Origin: Penicillus capitatus
Taxonomy: Eukaryota > Plantae > Chlorophyta
Assembly (NCBI GenBank): GCA_965649825.1
Contig: OZ287709.1
Location: 469,080 to 533,079, forward strand
Direction: 5' to 3'
DNA length: 64,000 nt
Shown piece by piece: positions 49,500-62,764 of the stretch. Under the pieces are notes generated by a model. It saw nothing but the letters and a program-made list of their open reading frames with translations. It made no database searches and was not told the origin of the DNA. Position 1 is the stretch's first letter; every line of letters starts with the position of its first letter. The position numbers and the translations under genes were made by a program.

Positions 49500-51549
49500 A
49501 TGGTGAGAATGATCAAAATGACACGCTACGCCTATCACAGGACGACGACGACGACGTCCCCGCGGTTTTCTATCCTTCCCAGAGTGCGTCCAACAGATGC
49601 ATCGCGTCACGCTGCCACTCAACGCCACCATACTCCTTCGCCAAAACTTCGCAATTTTGGGTAAAATCGCTAAGAATGACCACCAAGCGCAAGTCTCGGG
49701 GAATGCATACTGAGTCAGATTCTTGGAGAGCTTTGATGAAGAGTATGAAATGGGAGAGCTACTGGGGCATGGCAGTTTCTCTTCTGTTTATGTAGCCACA
49801 CAACGAGCCACGGGCGAGAGGTGATGCAGATCTGCCCATATGGATCGGCGATGGTATTTTCAGTTTAGCTTTGCAGTGAAATCGATGCAGAAGAAGTTCT
49901 TGGGGACGTTTATGACAGAGCCCTTCACGCGGCACGTGCATCACGAAGTGGACATTCTGACAAAACTGGGACCATCTCTCAACATCGCCTACCTCTATGG
50001 CGCCTATGAGACAGAGAAACGCGTCCATTTGGTGATGGAGCACTGCAAAGGTGGACCACTCTGGGGTCGAATCGAAAAAAGCTCTTACTCTGAACAAGGT
50101 CCCCTCTTCGATGAAGAGATGATTGTGGAATGCGTCGTGTGTAGATGCGGCACGAATCGTCAAAGATATCCTGAGAGCAGTCGTGCAATGCCATTCGAAG
50201 AATGTCGTCATCCGAGATGTCAAGCCCGATAACTTTTTGTTTCTCGACGGCTCTGAGAAATCCCCTTTGAAGGCCATCGATTTCGGCCTGGCGCAGTACT
50301 GTTCAGAGCATGACGTTTTGGAAGATCGAGCAGGAACGCCGATGTACATCGCACCCGAGGTTCTCCGGAGATCCTACGGACAGAAGGCCGATTTGTGGAG
50401 TGTGGGCGTCACGGCCTATCAAGCAAGCCATGTCCATTGGTCCGATCCTGTACAGAGATGTTATGTCGCGTCTTAGTTGCTGACAGGAAGGATGCCTTTT
50501 CTCGACGAGGATGGAGAAATCATCAGCCGTTCGCATATGGAACGTCATCTATTCAGCAACAAAGACATGTTCCGTGCCGTGCTGTATGCAGAGATTGACT
50601 TCTCAAGTGAAACGTGGAGTGAACTCTCTGTCCAGTCTCTGGATTTCGTAAAACATCTGCTAAAGAGAGATCCGACACACAGACACACTGCTGTGGAAGC
50701 ATTGGAGCACGATTGGCTGAAAGAAGGTTGGTCGAGTATCCCTTCAGCAAAGAGGGAGTACACTGTGCGTGTCCCATAGGATCATCATCTGTTCCGTTAG
50801 ATGCATCGATCGTGCAACGCCTGCAGCGATTTGGAACGTATGGCAAACTCAAACAAGCAGCGCTGAAGAAGGCAGCCTCCTTTGTCGCACAAGATCCCAT
50901 TCTTTTCAAAAGTCATGTTCCCCATGTCCTGCATCTCACAGTGAATGAGACGGAATTCTCTATCAGATTTGAAGGCTGGATATCTGCAGTTGGATGTGGA
51001 TGGCACCGGGAGAGTCCCGAATCAATCCATTGCTAATATGTTAAACAGCGGGCGCTTTGACATGTCTCTGATGGAGACAGAACAGCTCTTGGCGCAGTTA
51101 GATGTCAACAAAGATGGATTCGTCGACTATACAACGTGGCTAGCTGCCCTTGTCGATTGGAAACAAGTATGATCGCTCCGCACAGCCTCGAACCCATCCC
51201 TCAAGCGACATCGCATTGTTGGACCAACAGCTGCAGGAGTGTCCTGTATGGGAGACCTGGATGCAGGAAGTGTTCAAGCAGTTTAATGCCGATGGAACGG
51301 GGAAACTGACGCGGGATGAGCTGACGCGGATTCTGTGTAACGACGACCACTGTGAGGTTGGCATTCGACGTCTTCAACATCTGGCTTCTCCGGAGAATGG
51401 TGTTCTGATTCTAGTTTCCCGACACCGTTCCCTCTGTGCTGCGAGATGTGGATACGAATGGAGATGGATTGATCAGCTTCGATGACTTTGTCCAGATCAT
51501 GCAGTCTGAAATGAGCGACCGATTGGAACTCTTTGACGGCAGAATATGA
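49500..51549 (+). CDS. Calcium-dependent protein kinase (kinase + junction + 4 EF-hand-like loops)
   Basis: LGHGSFSSV, FAVKSM, VIRDVKPDNFLF, LKAIDFGLA, AGTPMYIAPE, junction SIVQRLQRFGTYGKLKQAALK, EF loops DVDGTGRV, DVNKDGFVD, NADGTGKL, DTNGDGLIS. Confidence 0.92.
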
Positions 51550-51669
51550 CAGACAGACGGATGGGACAGCTCGATCGATTCCTTTGCCGACTTCATCATG
51601 CCGCGATGCATTTTTTGATTTAAAAAACGTTGTGTGCATTTTCGTCGTATCGCGAGAGAGAACAGCGAG

Positions 51670-53794
51670 ATGCGTCGTTGGCAGGAAGATTACGAAGACG
51701 CTTTCTACGACCCATACGACGACGAGGAAGAAGACGAAGAGGAGTGGGATGCGCCGCCCAAGAAAAAGCCGGAAGTGCGTTTCTGTCCATCTGTCCCATC
51801 TGCAGCCTGCGAACACAGAAGAGTAAAGGAAACGTGGGAAAGCAGTCGAAGACGGTACAAGCAAAGGAGACGCCAAAACCCAATCCATCTCTCCAGAGAA
51901 ACACAGTTACCCCTCCAAAACACAACCGCCAAGAAAATATCTCCACGAAGCAGAAGGCCGTCCAGGAGTCGGACGACAGACCATCCACGGTGACAGATCG
52001 GCAGCGGGAGACCATGCCGAGGTTACTGACGCAAAGACCCTTATCCGAATACAGAATGGAGGCAGAACTGAAAGCGTTGTGCTTTGGGCCACCCTTATGG
52101 AGTGTTGACTGTGGAATGATTTGGTAGACTGTGTGATGCTCTCGAGCGATCGGACGTGGTTGAGAGACCGACATTGCATCTCGCCATTCTGGGCCATGTG
52201 GATGCAGGAAAATCGACGCTGATGGGAAGGCTGCTGTACGATATGGGATATGTTGATCGTCACACGCAGCACAAGAACGAAAAAGAAGCTTCGGAGTCAG
52301 GCAAAGTGATCGGCAGGTGTGCCTCGGTGTGGAGGATCTGAGTGCGTTTGACGCAGGGGTCGTTTGCTTGGGCATGGGTCTTGGATGAACGGCCAGAAGA
52401 ACGGGCACGAGGAGTGACGGTCGATGTGGCCACATCGCATTTCGACACCGAACAGTTCCATGTCGTTCTCCTGGATGCGCCCGGTCACAGGTGATTTCTA
52501 GAGATCCCAGAAACGAACGTGATCGATGCGAGAAGGGATTTTGTGCCAAACATGATCAGCGGCACTGCTCAAGCAGATGCCGCAATTCTGGCAGTAGATG
52601 GCAGCATCAATGGATTTGAGGCAGGCTTTCAGGTATGCTGCTCAAGAGGCGACGGGGAGGACCTGCATGTGACTAGATGCGACACAGGTGAATGGAACGG
52701 AGTTTCAGTCGACGGGCGGCGGCCAGACGACGGAACATGTTCAATTGGCCAGAAGTCTCGGCATCGAGCAAATCGCCGTCGTTGTTACGAAACTGGACAC
52801 GTGTCGCTACTCAGAAGCAAGATGCCAGTTACGTGCCGTGGAGATGCCGAAGCGAATGGTCTGCTGTTTAGGAACGATTTAATTTCATCCGAGATCAGCT
52901 TCGACCCTTTCTGCAGCAGTGTGGATTCAAGGACGACAATGTTCAGTGGCTGCTCTGTTCTGCAACGGAAGGCGTGAATGTTACAAAATCGGTCATCGAA
53001 GAGCCTCTGCTTTCGTGGTTTGGGGGATCGACTGTCCTTGAAGCGATTAACCAGTTCCGTCCACCGATGCGCAACCTGGGTGACCGATTCTGTCCTCCCT
53101 TGTCGCATCGATCACGGCAATAGCCCTGTCTGTACCTAGATGCTCCTTTGCGGTTTCCTGTGGTGGACATCTTGAAATCGCGAACACTCGGGTCCCTTGC
53201 TGTCGGTGGCAAGATCGAGACGGGTGCCGCGAGAGTTGGCTCCTGTCTCACGGTATCGCCATCTGGCGAAACGGCCACCGTTAAAGGAATCGAAGTAGCT
53301 GGACAGGTAATGCTCAAGCTGCCTGCTGCATTTATTCTCTCACACATTTCTAGAAACGCGAATGGGCTAAAGCAGGAGAGAGCTGCGAAATGGGTCTAAC
53401 AGGCATTGACCCAAAGACGTTGTTTGTGGGTTCGGTCCTCTGTCCTTACGAGTGGCCGTGTCCCGTTGCCACGCGATTCGAATGCAATGTCCGTGTCCTG
53501 GAGCCGACCACTCCAATTCTGCCAGGCTTACATGTCTCCCTCCAAACGCACGCCGTACGAGAGTCCGCACAGATCTCACGTCTGCTCACTCTCTTCGGCT
53601 CCAAGAAAACTTTGGCGACCAAGGCGAGGCCACGCTGTCTAACGAAGCATCAGAATGCTCTGATCGAAGTCACGGTCACTCGGCCGATCTGTTTGGAAGA
53701 ATTTTCATCCGTTCGCTCCCTTGGCCGCATCGCGTTACGAGAATCTGGACGGACCATTGCCGTCGGAATCGTTTCAAAGATTTGCGATGTCTAA
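51670..53794 (+). CDS. HBS1: HBS1-like translational GTPase
   Basis: [96 protein letters not shown]; acidic N-terminus. Confidence 0.92.
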
Positions 53795-53834
53795 CGCACA
53801 CAATTCTCACTTCACAACATCTTTGCCTCGCTCT

Positions 53835-56800
53835 TTATTGCAATCCAAATCCCTGTGTATCTTGAATAGCGACGATCAAACGTTCCTGCAGTTTTTCTCT
53901 CGAGCAATAGTCGGGGAGAAGAAGAACGTTGAAGCATGTGTGCGACGATGGCAGTCGATTGGAATCCGGTCCACTTCTCTGGATCAGCAGCGGCAGTTTT
54001 GACAAGCCGCCGACCGGTGCTCGATCGCATCCGGTGGCAAACGCCAAAAACTTCTTCTTATCCGTCATAGGGAGACTATGAATCACACTCCAGAAATTCC
54101 GAACGGTTGGATGTTCAGCTGTGTAACCACCATCGTATCGCGCCACCTTCTCCAGGTCTCGAAAATCCAGGTGGGGCAATCCACAGATCAGCAATTCGAG
54201 TTCCTCGTAACGATAGAGCTTCAGAGAGTGACCCACCACCACCTGGTCATCTATGCGATAACGGTAAAGGGCCATGTGTCGGATGTACTTTCAAAAAGCC
54301 TTCTTTGAAGACCTTGAACTGCTCGCGGATTGAATCGTCGAGAATGTAATGCGTGTAAAGCTCTACGTACTCCTGTCGATTCTCTTTTGTGACTGGGATA
54401 GATCCACCGCCTGGTTTCAGCTCTGCCGTCATCATTTCGCCAAAGTACTCGTATTCTACCTATGCTGCATCCATTGTACGAAATGGCCTGAATGGCAGAC
54501 AGCGTTTACTTCAAAGCTTCGACAGAAGACGTTCTCAACATCGCCTTCGAAATCTAAGAGCTGCTGAAGTCCATTGCCCAACTGAGGAAATGCATCTTTC
54601 AGATCAGCCAATGTCGTTTCGAGTCCTTTCAGCTTCTTATAAACCACCAGAGGGAAATGCACATCGAGGATGACGTTGTTGTAGATGGCCAAGCCCAAAA
54701 CGATACCGACCAGACGGAAGTCCTCGACCTCCAACGCCTGATGACTGAACCAGAAATTCCGCGTCTCTTCGCTGTAGACGAACATGGCGAAATCTACGTT
54801 AAAAATCTCCTCGACCTACAGACGATCCCTCATCAAAGTCCGGCCCTTCCTGACAGATATGACCAGCAGCTGAAAGAACTCTTTAGAGAGGCCGCCTTCG
54901 TCTTGGCCCTCCTCTTCGATGCCGTTCGAAAAGAACTTCACTCGAAGCGGCTTCTGAAGATCATCGCCTCGAAGGAGCAGTTGGATCATGGCATCTTCGC
55001 GGATGTGATCGCGCCGGATGTTGATATCGAGGAACGATACCACGGCAGGGTTGATGCCGCTGAACAGCGCACCCAATGCGCTCTCCTGTATCGCAGCTGT
55101 CTTGGAAATCATTGCCTCCCCCTGTGTGATCTTCGCCTTCGCCTCGGGGGTCAAAACGAAAGGCGTCTGGCAAATGGTCTGAACCCCGTGCCCCATCATC
55201 CCGTCGTGATCCGTCGTCATCAAATGATTCCAGGCGATCCACTCGTGTCTCAGATCCAGACCATCTGAGACGCTTTGGTTGTAGAACCGATGGAAAGAGA
55301 CCGCCTCGGAGCGTTTGGCGTTGACCTGCAGCAGCACAAGTGGGGCAATAGATTCGTGGAGACACAGATCGCAACCTGGTAGAAGAGATCAAGCAATTCA
55401 CAGACTTTCAGCACTTCGTCGCGCTGCCCGTGTTGAATGGGATTGTCGAGACCATCTGTGTCCCTCGCAATATGGGTCAGATGCTTCTGCGCACCGTTGA
55501 TCAATCGTCCGCCGAACAGTTCCACCGGCAGATCTGTCAAAAGGGACTCCAACAACTGCACACGGCAGGTCACATCAACCAGAGCGATGGATGACAGATG
55601 GTCACACTTCGATGGCGCCCGAAGGAAGATGCTCAAGTAAAACGGCAGTGAGCTGCACCATCGCGCCGCCAGATGCATGGGCTTCACCAAAGAGGGGGTT
55701 CAGCATAAGGATCACCAGAACATTCGCCCATTCACGCAGCCTATTGGTTATATCTCTGTCTCGCATTTGTCTGGCCATCGTCAGATCGATGACGCCATTT
55801 AGGCAAGCAATACAAGCAGATCCAACGCAGACAATCGTCTGTTGGTCATAGGAACGAAAGATACGCTCATAGGTTCGCGTAATAGTATCGATCTTGAGCT
55901 TTCGTCGCCCGACTGGCTGACTGGATGTGAAGGCATGCAACAGGAATCCTATCATCCTTTCTGTCACCTCTTAACGCGAGATTTTTAATGCCTCTACCTG
56001 GACTCGAGTAGATATCATCCAAGGCGCTGAGATAGCTCTCCATTGCCTCTCTGATCGATATGCCTTTCGCTTTCTCGACTGCATCGATCAGAAGATTGAG
56101 ATCCATCACCTTAAACGGTCGCATTCCTTGTCCATAGCGTCCAAAGTCCAAGCAGAGAACACTGGGCGTCGTCTTGTGAAACATTACCAGGCAGTGATCC
56201 CCACCTATCACACACGGGTCGGCTCCATTGCAAGAAACGTCGAGCAGACTTGCGAGGATGCAGATGGGAGGGTAGGATGGCAGATGCAGGACAGGCTGCG
56301 GATCGGGGCACACCTCCATGAACAACTCATTGCCCAATTGTCCCAGCTCTCCATTCCCAAAGGCATAGATCGCACCACGTTGTGTGAGGACAAGGGAATG
56401 CCGACTGCCGCATGAGACTTGTGTGATGTATTCATCGTTGAGCTGTTCGATCCTGAGGGGACTCAAAACATTCTCTGTGCTTCCTGTGCCCGTCTGACCC
56501 CATTTAGAGTGCCCCCACGAGTAGACCTTTCCCTGGCCCCCGCAGCAAAGCGTATGCGAATCTCCACACGCAATCTAGTCCAGACAACAGCTCAGGGGAG
56601 AATGGAGACGGTCTGCATGGTGACGTTGGCGATTGGATGTTCGCTGAATGATGTGACAGGAGTCGGCCTTGAACGACCGTGACGATCTCCATGACCCAAC
56701 TGACCATACTTGCCTCTCCCCCACGTCCATACTCGGCCGTCCACACTCAACGCGACACTGTGATACTCTCCGCAATCAATTTGAATGACACCGACGCCTG

Positions 56801-57643
56801 TCAGCGCCAAAATGTGTGAGAAGAGTGGAAGGGATGTCGTATCGTCGTGGCCCAGGGCACCAAATTCGCCTTGTCCGCAGGAATAGACTTCGCCCTTTGC
56901 TGTCAGAGCCAAACTGTGACCCGATCCCGCAGCCACTCTACAGTCGGCATCTGCAGCGAATCCTCGTGGTTCTCACTCTTTTCTCACACCTTACAAAGTG
57001 TAATGCCTTGTCGTGTTTGATTCTTTTTGGCACGGTTGAGAACGTGTTCTGTGTCTCGTATCCTAACTGGCCATGCTCATTGCTTCCCCATGCCATCAAT
57101 ACCCCCTGTCACACTTCTCACTCTTTTTCACCATTGATAGATATATGTAACCTGTTCTGTTGTTGCCAGTACATGACTGAATCCCGTTGCCAGATGCGTC
57201 ACACGGTGCAGATCTAAACTGCTCACTCGTGTTGGGATATTCAGCACCTCGGGTTTTTTCATTCCTAACTGCCCAACATCGTTCAGTCCCATCATAAACA
57301 CATCTCCATCATCTGCCATCCCCAAATGCCACTCAGCAAAGGAAACGTCACTGTCGTCACACCTGAGATGGCAGCTGTGTTGCACCATGAGTTCCCGGCA
57401 ATGTGAACGATATCTTTATTTTCGAAAGCCTCGAGGAGCAGCGGTTTCGCCTGATGCTCCTCGTGTCCCGTTCCCAATTGACCATAGTCATTACGTCCCC
57501 ATCCCCAGAACTAACGCGCAGGCGATTTCGCTCGATCAACAGCCGTCGCAGATAGCTACCTCAAGATCGAGACGTGTTACAGCATTGAAGCGAAAACTCG
57601 CGTAGCGTTCTTTCGCCGAACGGCGCCTCTCCAATGTGGCCAT
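53835..57643 (-). CDS. RCC1-repeat + HECT E3 ubiquitin ligase (small-HERC-like architecture)
   Basis: RCC1 repeats (WGRNDYGQLG, GLNDVGQLG, GSGHSLAL..GQGEFGALG, CGEYHS..WGRGKYGQLG, CGSRHS..GNGELGQLG); HECT EEGQDEGGLSKEFF, GIVLGLAIYN, ELKPGG.IPVT, LPSSHTCFNVLLLPDY. Confidence 0.93.
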
Positions 57644-57666
57644 CTCGTCGTTTTCAAAGGTAATCG

Positions 57667-59636
57667 TTACGTTGACATCGACATGGCCTTCTCAATCTCT
57701 TCAAGCGATTTGCCTTTCGTCTCTACGACGTATCGCTGTACGAAGAGAATGGCACCGAAGCAGACAACGGAGAAGAAGGCGTAGATACACGGAATACCAA
57801 ATGTCTTGACGCATGGCAAAAAAAGCTGACCAATGGCGAAATTCGTCACCCAATGCGTCGTCATTGCAAAAGAAACGGCACGACCTGAAAATCAAAGCAT
57901 GAGTCGAGTGGCGTTGGGGATACAGGGAGACCTCGGATGTCGGCGGGAGCAATTTCGGGGACTAAAAGACCCGGAACTGGACCGACGCCCAATCCAAAGC
58001 TCAGAATATAGAACAGTGTTCCGCAGAGGGCAATGACGCCGCTGTATGCGGCAAGGGAGGCCTGAGAGAATCCCAATGCCATTGCTCCCATCGCAACGCC
58101 CATTCCCAAATAACTGAGGCCCAGTAACTGCCTGGACGAAGAAATGATGTGACAGGTGATGCGAAATGGAAGGTGGGTGTTACTTTCTTCCGGCTCTGTC
58201 CATGAGTGTCGATGCCAAGATCGTCCCCAACACATTGATCACACCGACAGCTGCACTGGCCAATGTATTGTTCGTCATGCCTGCTTCGCTGAAGACCTTG
58301 GTCGAGAAGTAAACAATGGCATTGATTCCGGAGAACTGCTGAAAGAGAAACAACGCGCAGGCCACTGAGAGCACGGTCACATGTTTCTTAGACAGCGGCA
58401 GAGGACCAGCAGATTTTTCTGTGGGAGACAGAGGATGGTATCAGATGCATGGAGAGATCAAACATGCCTGGTGTGGCAACTGAGCTACTGATAGATGGAT
58501 CCACGCCATTCCAGAGACGTCGCATCACATCGTGTGCTTCGCTGTGGCGTTCTTTCGATATAAGCCATCGAGGACTCTCTGGACAGAGTCGCATACCGAC
58601 TGCCAGCAAAACGGCCGGGACGGTGGAAAGGAGAAACATCGTACGCCACTGCGCTGCAGGGAGAATCACGTTGATGCACAGGGCACCCAAAATTCCAATA
58701 CAGATCGCTAACTGGTTGATACTCCCAAGGGCTCCACGAATCGACGTGGGAGAAGCCTACATACAGAATGGTCTCACACTTTTGTTGCGCTCTTTGGTGC
58801 ATGGGTGTCTGAGTCACACTTCTGAGATGTATAGTGGTACGATGGCTGAAGAGATGCCAATGGCTACGCCAGTGACCAGACGACCAGCGATCATAAACGA
58901 AAGGCTCTGAGCGGAAGAGGAAAGCAAAGCGCCCGAAACCATCAGGAGCGAATCCAGTCCTAGTGCCAATCTCCTCCCAAGCGCATCTGCCAGTCCACCA
59001 CCTGAGAGGCTCCCCACCGCTGCTCCGGCTAACAAACTGCTAACGACCTGATACGAATAAGTCAGAGAGATTTGAATAGCAAATGGAAGTGGCGCACCGA
59101 TCCTTGGAGAACGGCATTGGCTGCAAAACCGAGATCGTGGGCAATAACATCGAGTGGTCCATTTACCACACCCAAGTGATATCCGAAGAGAAAAGCACCC
59201 AGACTCGCAAAGGACACCACCTAATGCCTCCATCTATCCCGGATTGGACGCCAAACGAGAGTTAGGGACCTTCAAAATTGCGGGCGTCAGCTTAGATGTC
59301 GGGACGGAATGTTGTTCCGTAATGTCAATGACAGTTGTTTTCGTCACGGGATCCGTTTCCGAAGCGCCCAATCGATTCGCGCCGTCGTTCGGATCACCAA
59401 TCGCTGCACGACAGGCATCGTCGAATTCTGAACGGAACGGCGTCCGTACCTTTGTATATGGCAACACCCGGTCGCACACCTTTACGTCGCATGCGACCAA
59501 TGACGGCCATAGCGCGATGATTCCGTTTTCGCTTTCTAGAAAACAACGGTCGAGTGTAGCGACGAAACGTCGTCGTCTGACGCAACGAACGGATTGGCAT
59601 CGTCCGCTTATCGAATTTTCCAACGAATCCAATCAT
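57667..59636 (-). CDS. pGlcT: Plastidic glucose transporter-like MFS sugar porter
   Basis: Transit peptide, LGAFLFGYHLGVVNG, LADALGRR, VPLYISE, RGALGSINQL, PESPRWL, FLFQQFSGINAIVYFS, LMDRAGRK, GVGPVPGLLVPEI, HWVTNFAIG, VETKGKSLEEIE. Confidence 0.92.
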
Positions 59637-59682
59637 GCGTGCGTGCAGATCATGATATTAACCGCCTTACACCTCTCTCTGT

Positions 59683-60907
59683 TCAAGAGCTCTTAGACGG
59701 CGGATCGTCCTTCTCCGAATCCTTGCCCTCTTTCTTGCCCTCGTCTTCTTCTTTTTTGCTCGATTCGCCAGATCCCTGCTTAGCCAGATTCTCGATGGCT
59801 TCCTGGACTTTGGGATGGTTGACATCGACGCCCTGGAGCGACGAGAGAACGGTGTTGACAAATTCTGGATTGATGATGCTGTCTGAAGAGCTATGCTGTG
59901 CTTCGAGGGACATCTGGAGGGCCGCTTTCAGCTCGGCATCCTCTATGGCATCGCCCACCTTCTTGCTTCCCTCTTCGTCTTCCTCCTCCGTCTCCATCTT
60001 TGTGTCTTGCATAGACATAGCGATGGCTTTAAGGAGTGACTCGTCTGTCACGGCCGTCGGATCTTCTACGGCAGTCTGCTCCTCTGTGGACTGCATTTGA
60101 GATGATGATCCCTCTCCGGCGGCGGCTGCGGCGGCTGCAGCTGCACGACTCTGTCTTTCGCGTTCTTCTTCCATCGATACCCTCAAAGCCAGAGCGAGTT
60201 CTGGATCCATGTTAGGATCGACGTTGAATTCTCCATCGCCTCCCATCGATGGTCCGGCACCGAAGGCAGCTGCATTTTCGCCTTGGAAAATGGGTGTGCC
60301 GATCAGAGCGTCTGATAGGATGGATCCCTGCTGAACGTCGATGAAGTGACAGTTGTCTGAATTCTGAACGGCATTGAGAAATGACTGCAGCTTCTCCACA
60401 CTGTCTTCACCGCATCCAAAACACACGATGTCCACAGCGACATTGTTCTTCTTAAGCTTCTTGGCGATTCCCAACAAAGCTTCCTACAACGACATCACGC
60501 CAGCAGCCGCCATTATCCTGGACTCGATGATGTGACAGCTGTACTTTGTTTTCCGTCACTGGACTGCCACTGAAGAGAACAATCCGTTGACGCTGGTTCT
60601 TGTTAGAACGGTGTTTGAGTGCCAACTGTGCCACTTGGACACTTGTGCAGATATTGGAGAATTCTCCTTCTATAGAGAGGGCGGCCATGCAGTTGAGAAC
60701 TTTGCTAAGGTCTGACGTCGGCGTCACAAGCACCTGAGGCCCTTTGCCAGCCATTGTGAGAATTCCGACGCCGTTTTCTGGGTTGTCTTGCATCTTTGAC
60801 CCGGCAAGAAGGTTGACGGCATCGGCCTGTGCTTGAAACCGGTCAGGGGTAAAATCGCCATTCCTTGTCCATTCGCTGTTATCGACGCACACAATCGTTG
60901 CTTCCAT
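59683..60907 (-). CDS. RPN10: 26S proteasome non-ATPase subunit RPN10 (vWA + UIM)
   Basis: MEATIVCVDNSEWTRNGDFTPDRFQAQ, AQLALKHR.NKNQRQRIVLF.GSP, AKKLKKNNVAVDIV.FG, VDPNMDPELALALRVSMEEER, UIMs LLKAIAMSMQ / LKAALQMSLE. Confidence 0.96.
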
Positions 60908-62764
60908 GTTCAGTCGGCGACAAAATGAGATACCCTTCGAAGATCGTTCAATGTCGTGAATAAGTCACGTCACATCGCTTGTCAACATTCGAAGTGGGTC
61001 AGGGATTTGGACTCTTTGATATGATAAGTGACAGAGTGGATCGATCCGAAAACCATAAAAGATCTGTATCTAGACTTTATTACCTCGTGCAGAAATGAAG
61101 GAAGTTGTCACGAATGTCCCCGGCAATCGTAGTCCGTGGAAAGATGGGAGGATGATCTGCCTTTTTAGTGCACCCATGGCTCATATCGCAACGGCTATGT
61201 AAGAGAGGCAGTCTTTTTTGATCGAATCTCAAATTCCGTGTCAATTGATGTTGTTCATTCATAAGACATTTAAGCAGAGGACTTTGGAGATCCGTGAAAA
61301 GAAGAATGCCACCATGCCATGCGGTTCAGAAATCACAGCGTCAGACATAGAGACGATCACACCGTTGCTATGCAGGGGGGACGACGGACAGAGTGATGCT
61401 AGGAAGAAGACGGTGGTTTTATGCATTCGCGCCATGGATGGGACAGTCATTTCGTGCGATGCATGATCGCCACTGCCACGACCCTGTGGTCGATGTGCGA
61501 TGTCTATCTTTGAATGTACCTCATGTACAAATCAAGACAGTGAATCATTTGATCGCCCAACACTCCACATCGCTGTGACTTCTCACATTGACATGATAGA
61601 TAGCGACGAAAATGTGTGAAAAATCCATGAGACACGTGTGACCTTTGCGACATCAGTCTCGCATGTCCGTCTATCATCCAATTACAGGTTTTCTCTCATC
61701 AGAACACAGCATTGCACTGCAGCGTTAGTGCCCGCTACATCAAAGCATCTCAAAGGCAGCGCACACGGCATGAGCGATCTCCGAGCACAGACTGGCAATT
61801 TGACTGCTCCATTGGAGGCCAATCCATCGTCTGGCACCGCCATGTCATCGACAGCAGACGGTTTCGTGGGTCAGTTGGATCTCCATAGATGCCTTTTCGA
61901 ATGGCACTTGCCCAACGGTCGTCTGCATTGGAGAATTGATGGGTGGGTGACTCAGACGATGTCGCCTCGCCACCGTCGAGTCGCAGATGTCTGGCTGACA
62001 GGCACATACATGCAGGAACTTCTCCGGACAGACAGTGTCTCTTCGTCAGGAGAATCAACCGTCCCACGACAAGAACGCTGTCTCTTTACCCAGACCGTCG
62101 TTGCTCGTATCATCTGCATTTTTCCGTCCTCGCTTTGCCGTTTCCGTCCTCTGTTCGCTTCCTTCGCCGTCGATACCAAAAAGCCTCCAGCGTCGAACAC
62201 AACATACTAAAGGCATTTCCTTGCCACTCGACGTTTCCACGCAACACATCTTAAGGACACGGACACGACTCGCAAGGCGAGGGCGAACAGGGAAACGACG
62301 CGTGTCGGTAGATACAGAGACGATAGAGAAATAGATGCGTGTGACGCAAGGGGGATGGAGATTTGTGTCTCTCGACGGAGAGCTTCCATCCATGGTTTGT
62401 ATGTTCGTTGCACATCGTCAGACTCGGCAATAGCGTTGTTTCGTAGACCGTGGAAATTTTTCGTCGACCTCGCAGGATTATAGAGCGCTTTCTGAATGGA
62501 CGGTGGAGAGGAAACGTGTGGACGCGGTGTGAATCCATGCAGATTTTCAACCGCTCTATTGGATCCGTCCCTGCCGTCGCATCATGCTGAGCAGCGCTGC
62601 GGAGCTACTTAATTAACCGTCTTCCTCGAGCGTGCAAACCGCACTGAGTTTCCCACAAGGAATTCTGTCAACGTGACCAGTCTTGTGCGCAATTGGCGGA
62701 TAGAACCTCTACGTCACAAACGCGTCTCCGCGGTTGTTCTGTGACGCTTCCCGCAAATTCAACG

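Noticed and set aside
51620-52549. 309-aa minus-strand ORF
   Set aside because: Antisense to HBS1 exons.
60950-62600. Short ORFs on both strands between RPN10 and MYB
   Set aside because: Probably contains a gene, but no frame or motif could be supported.
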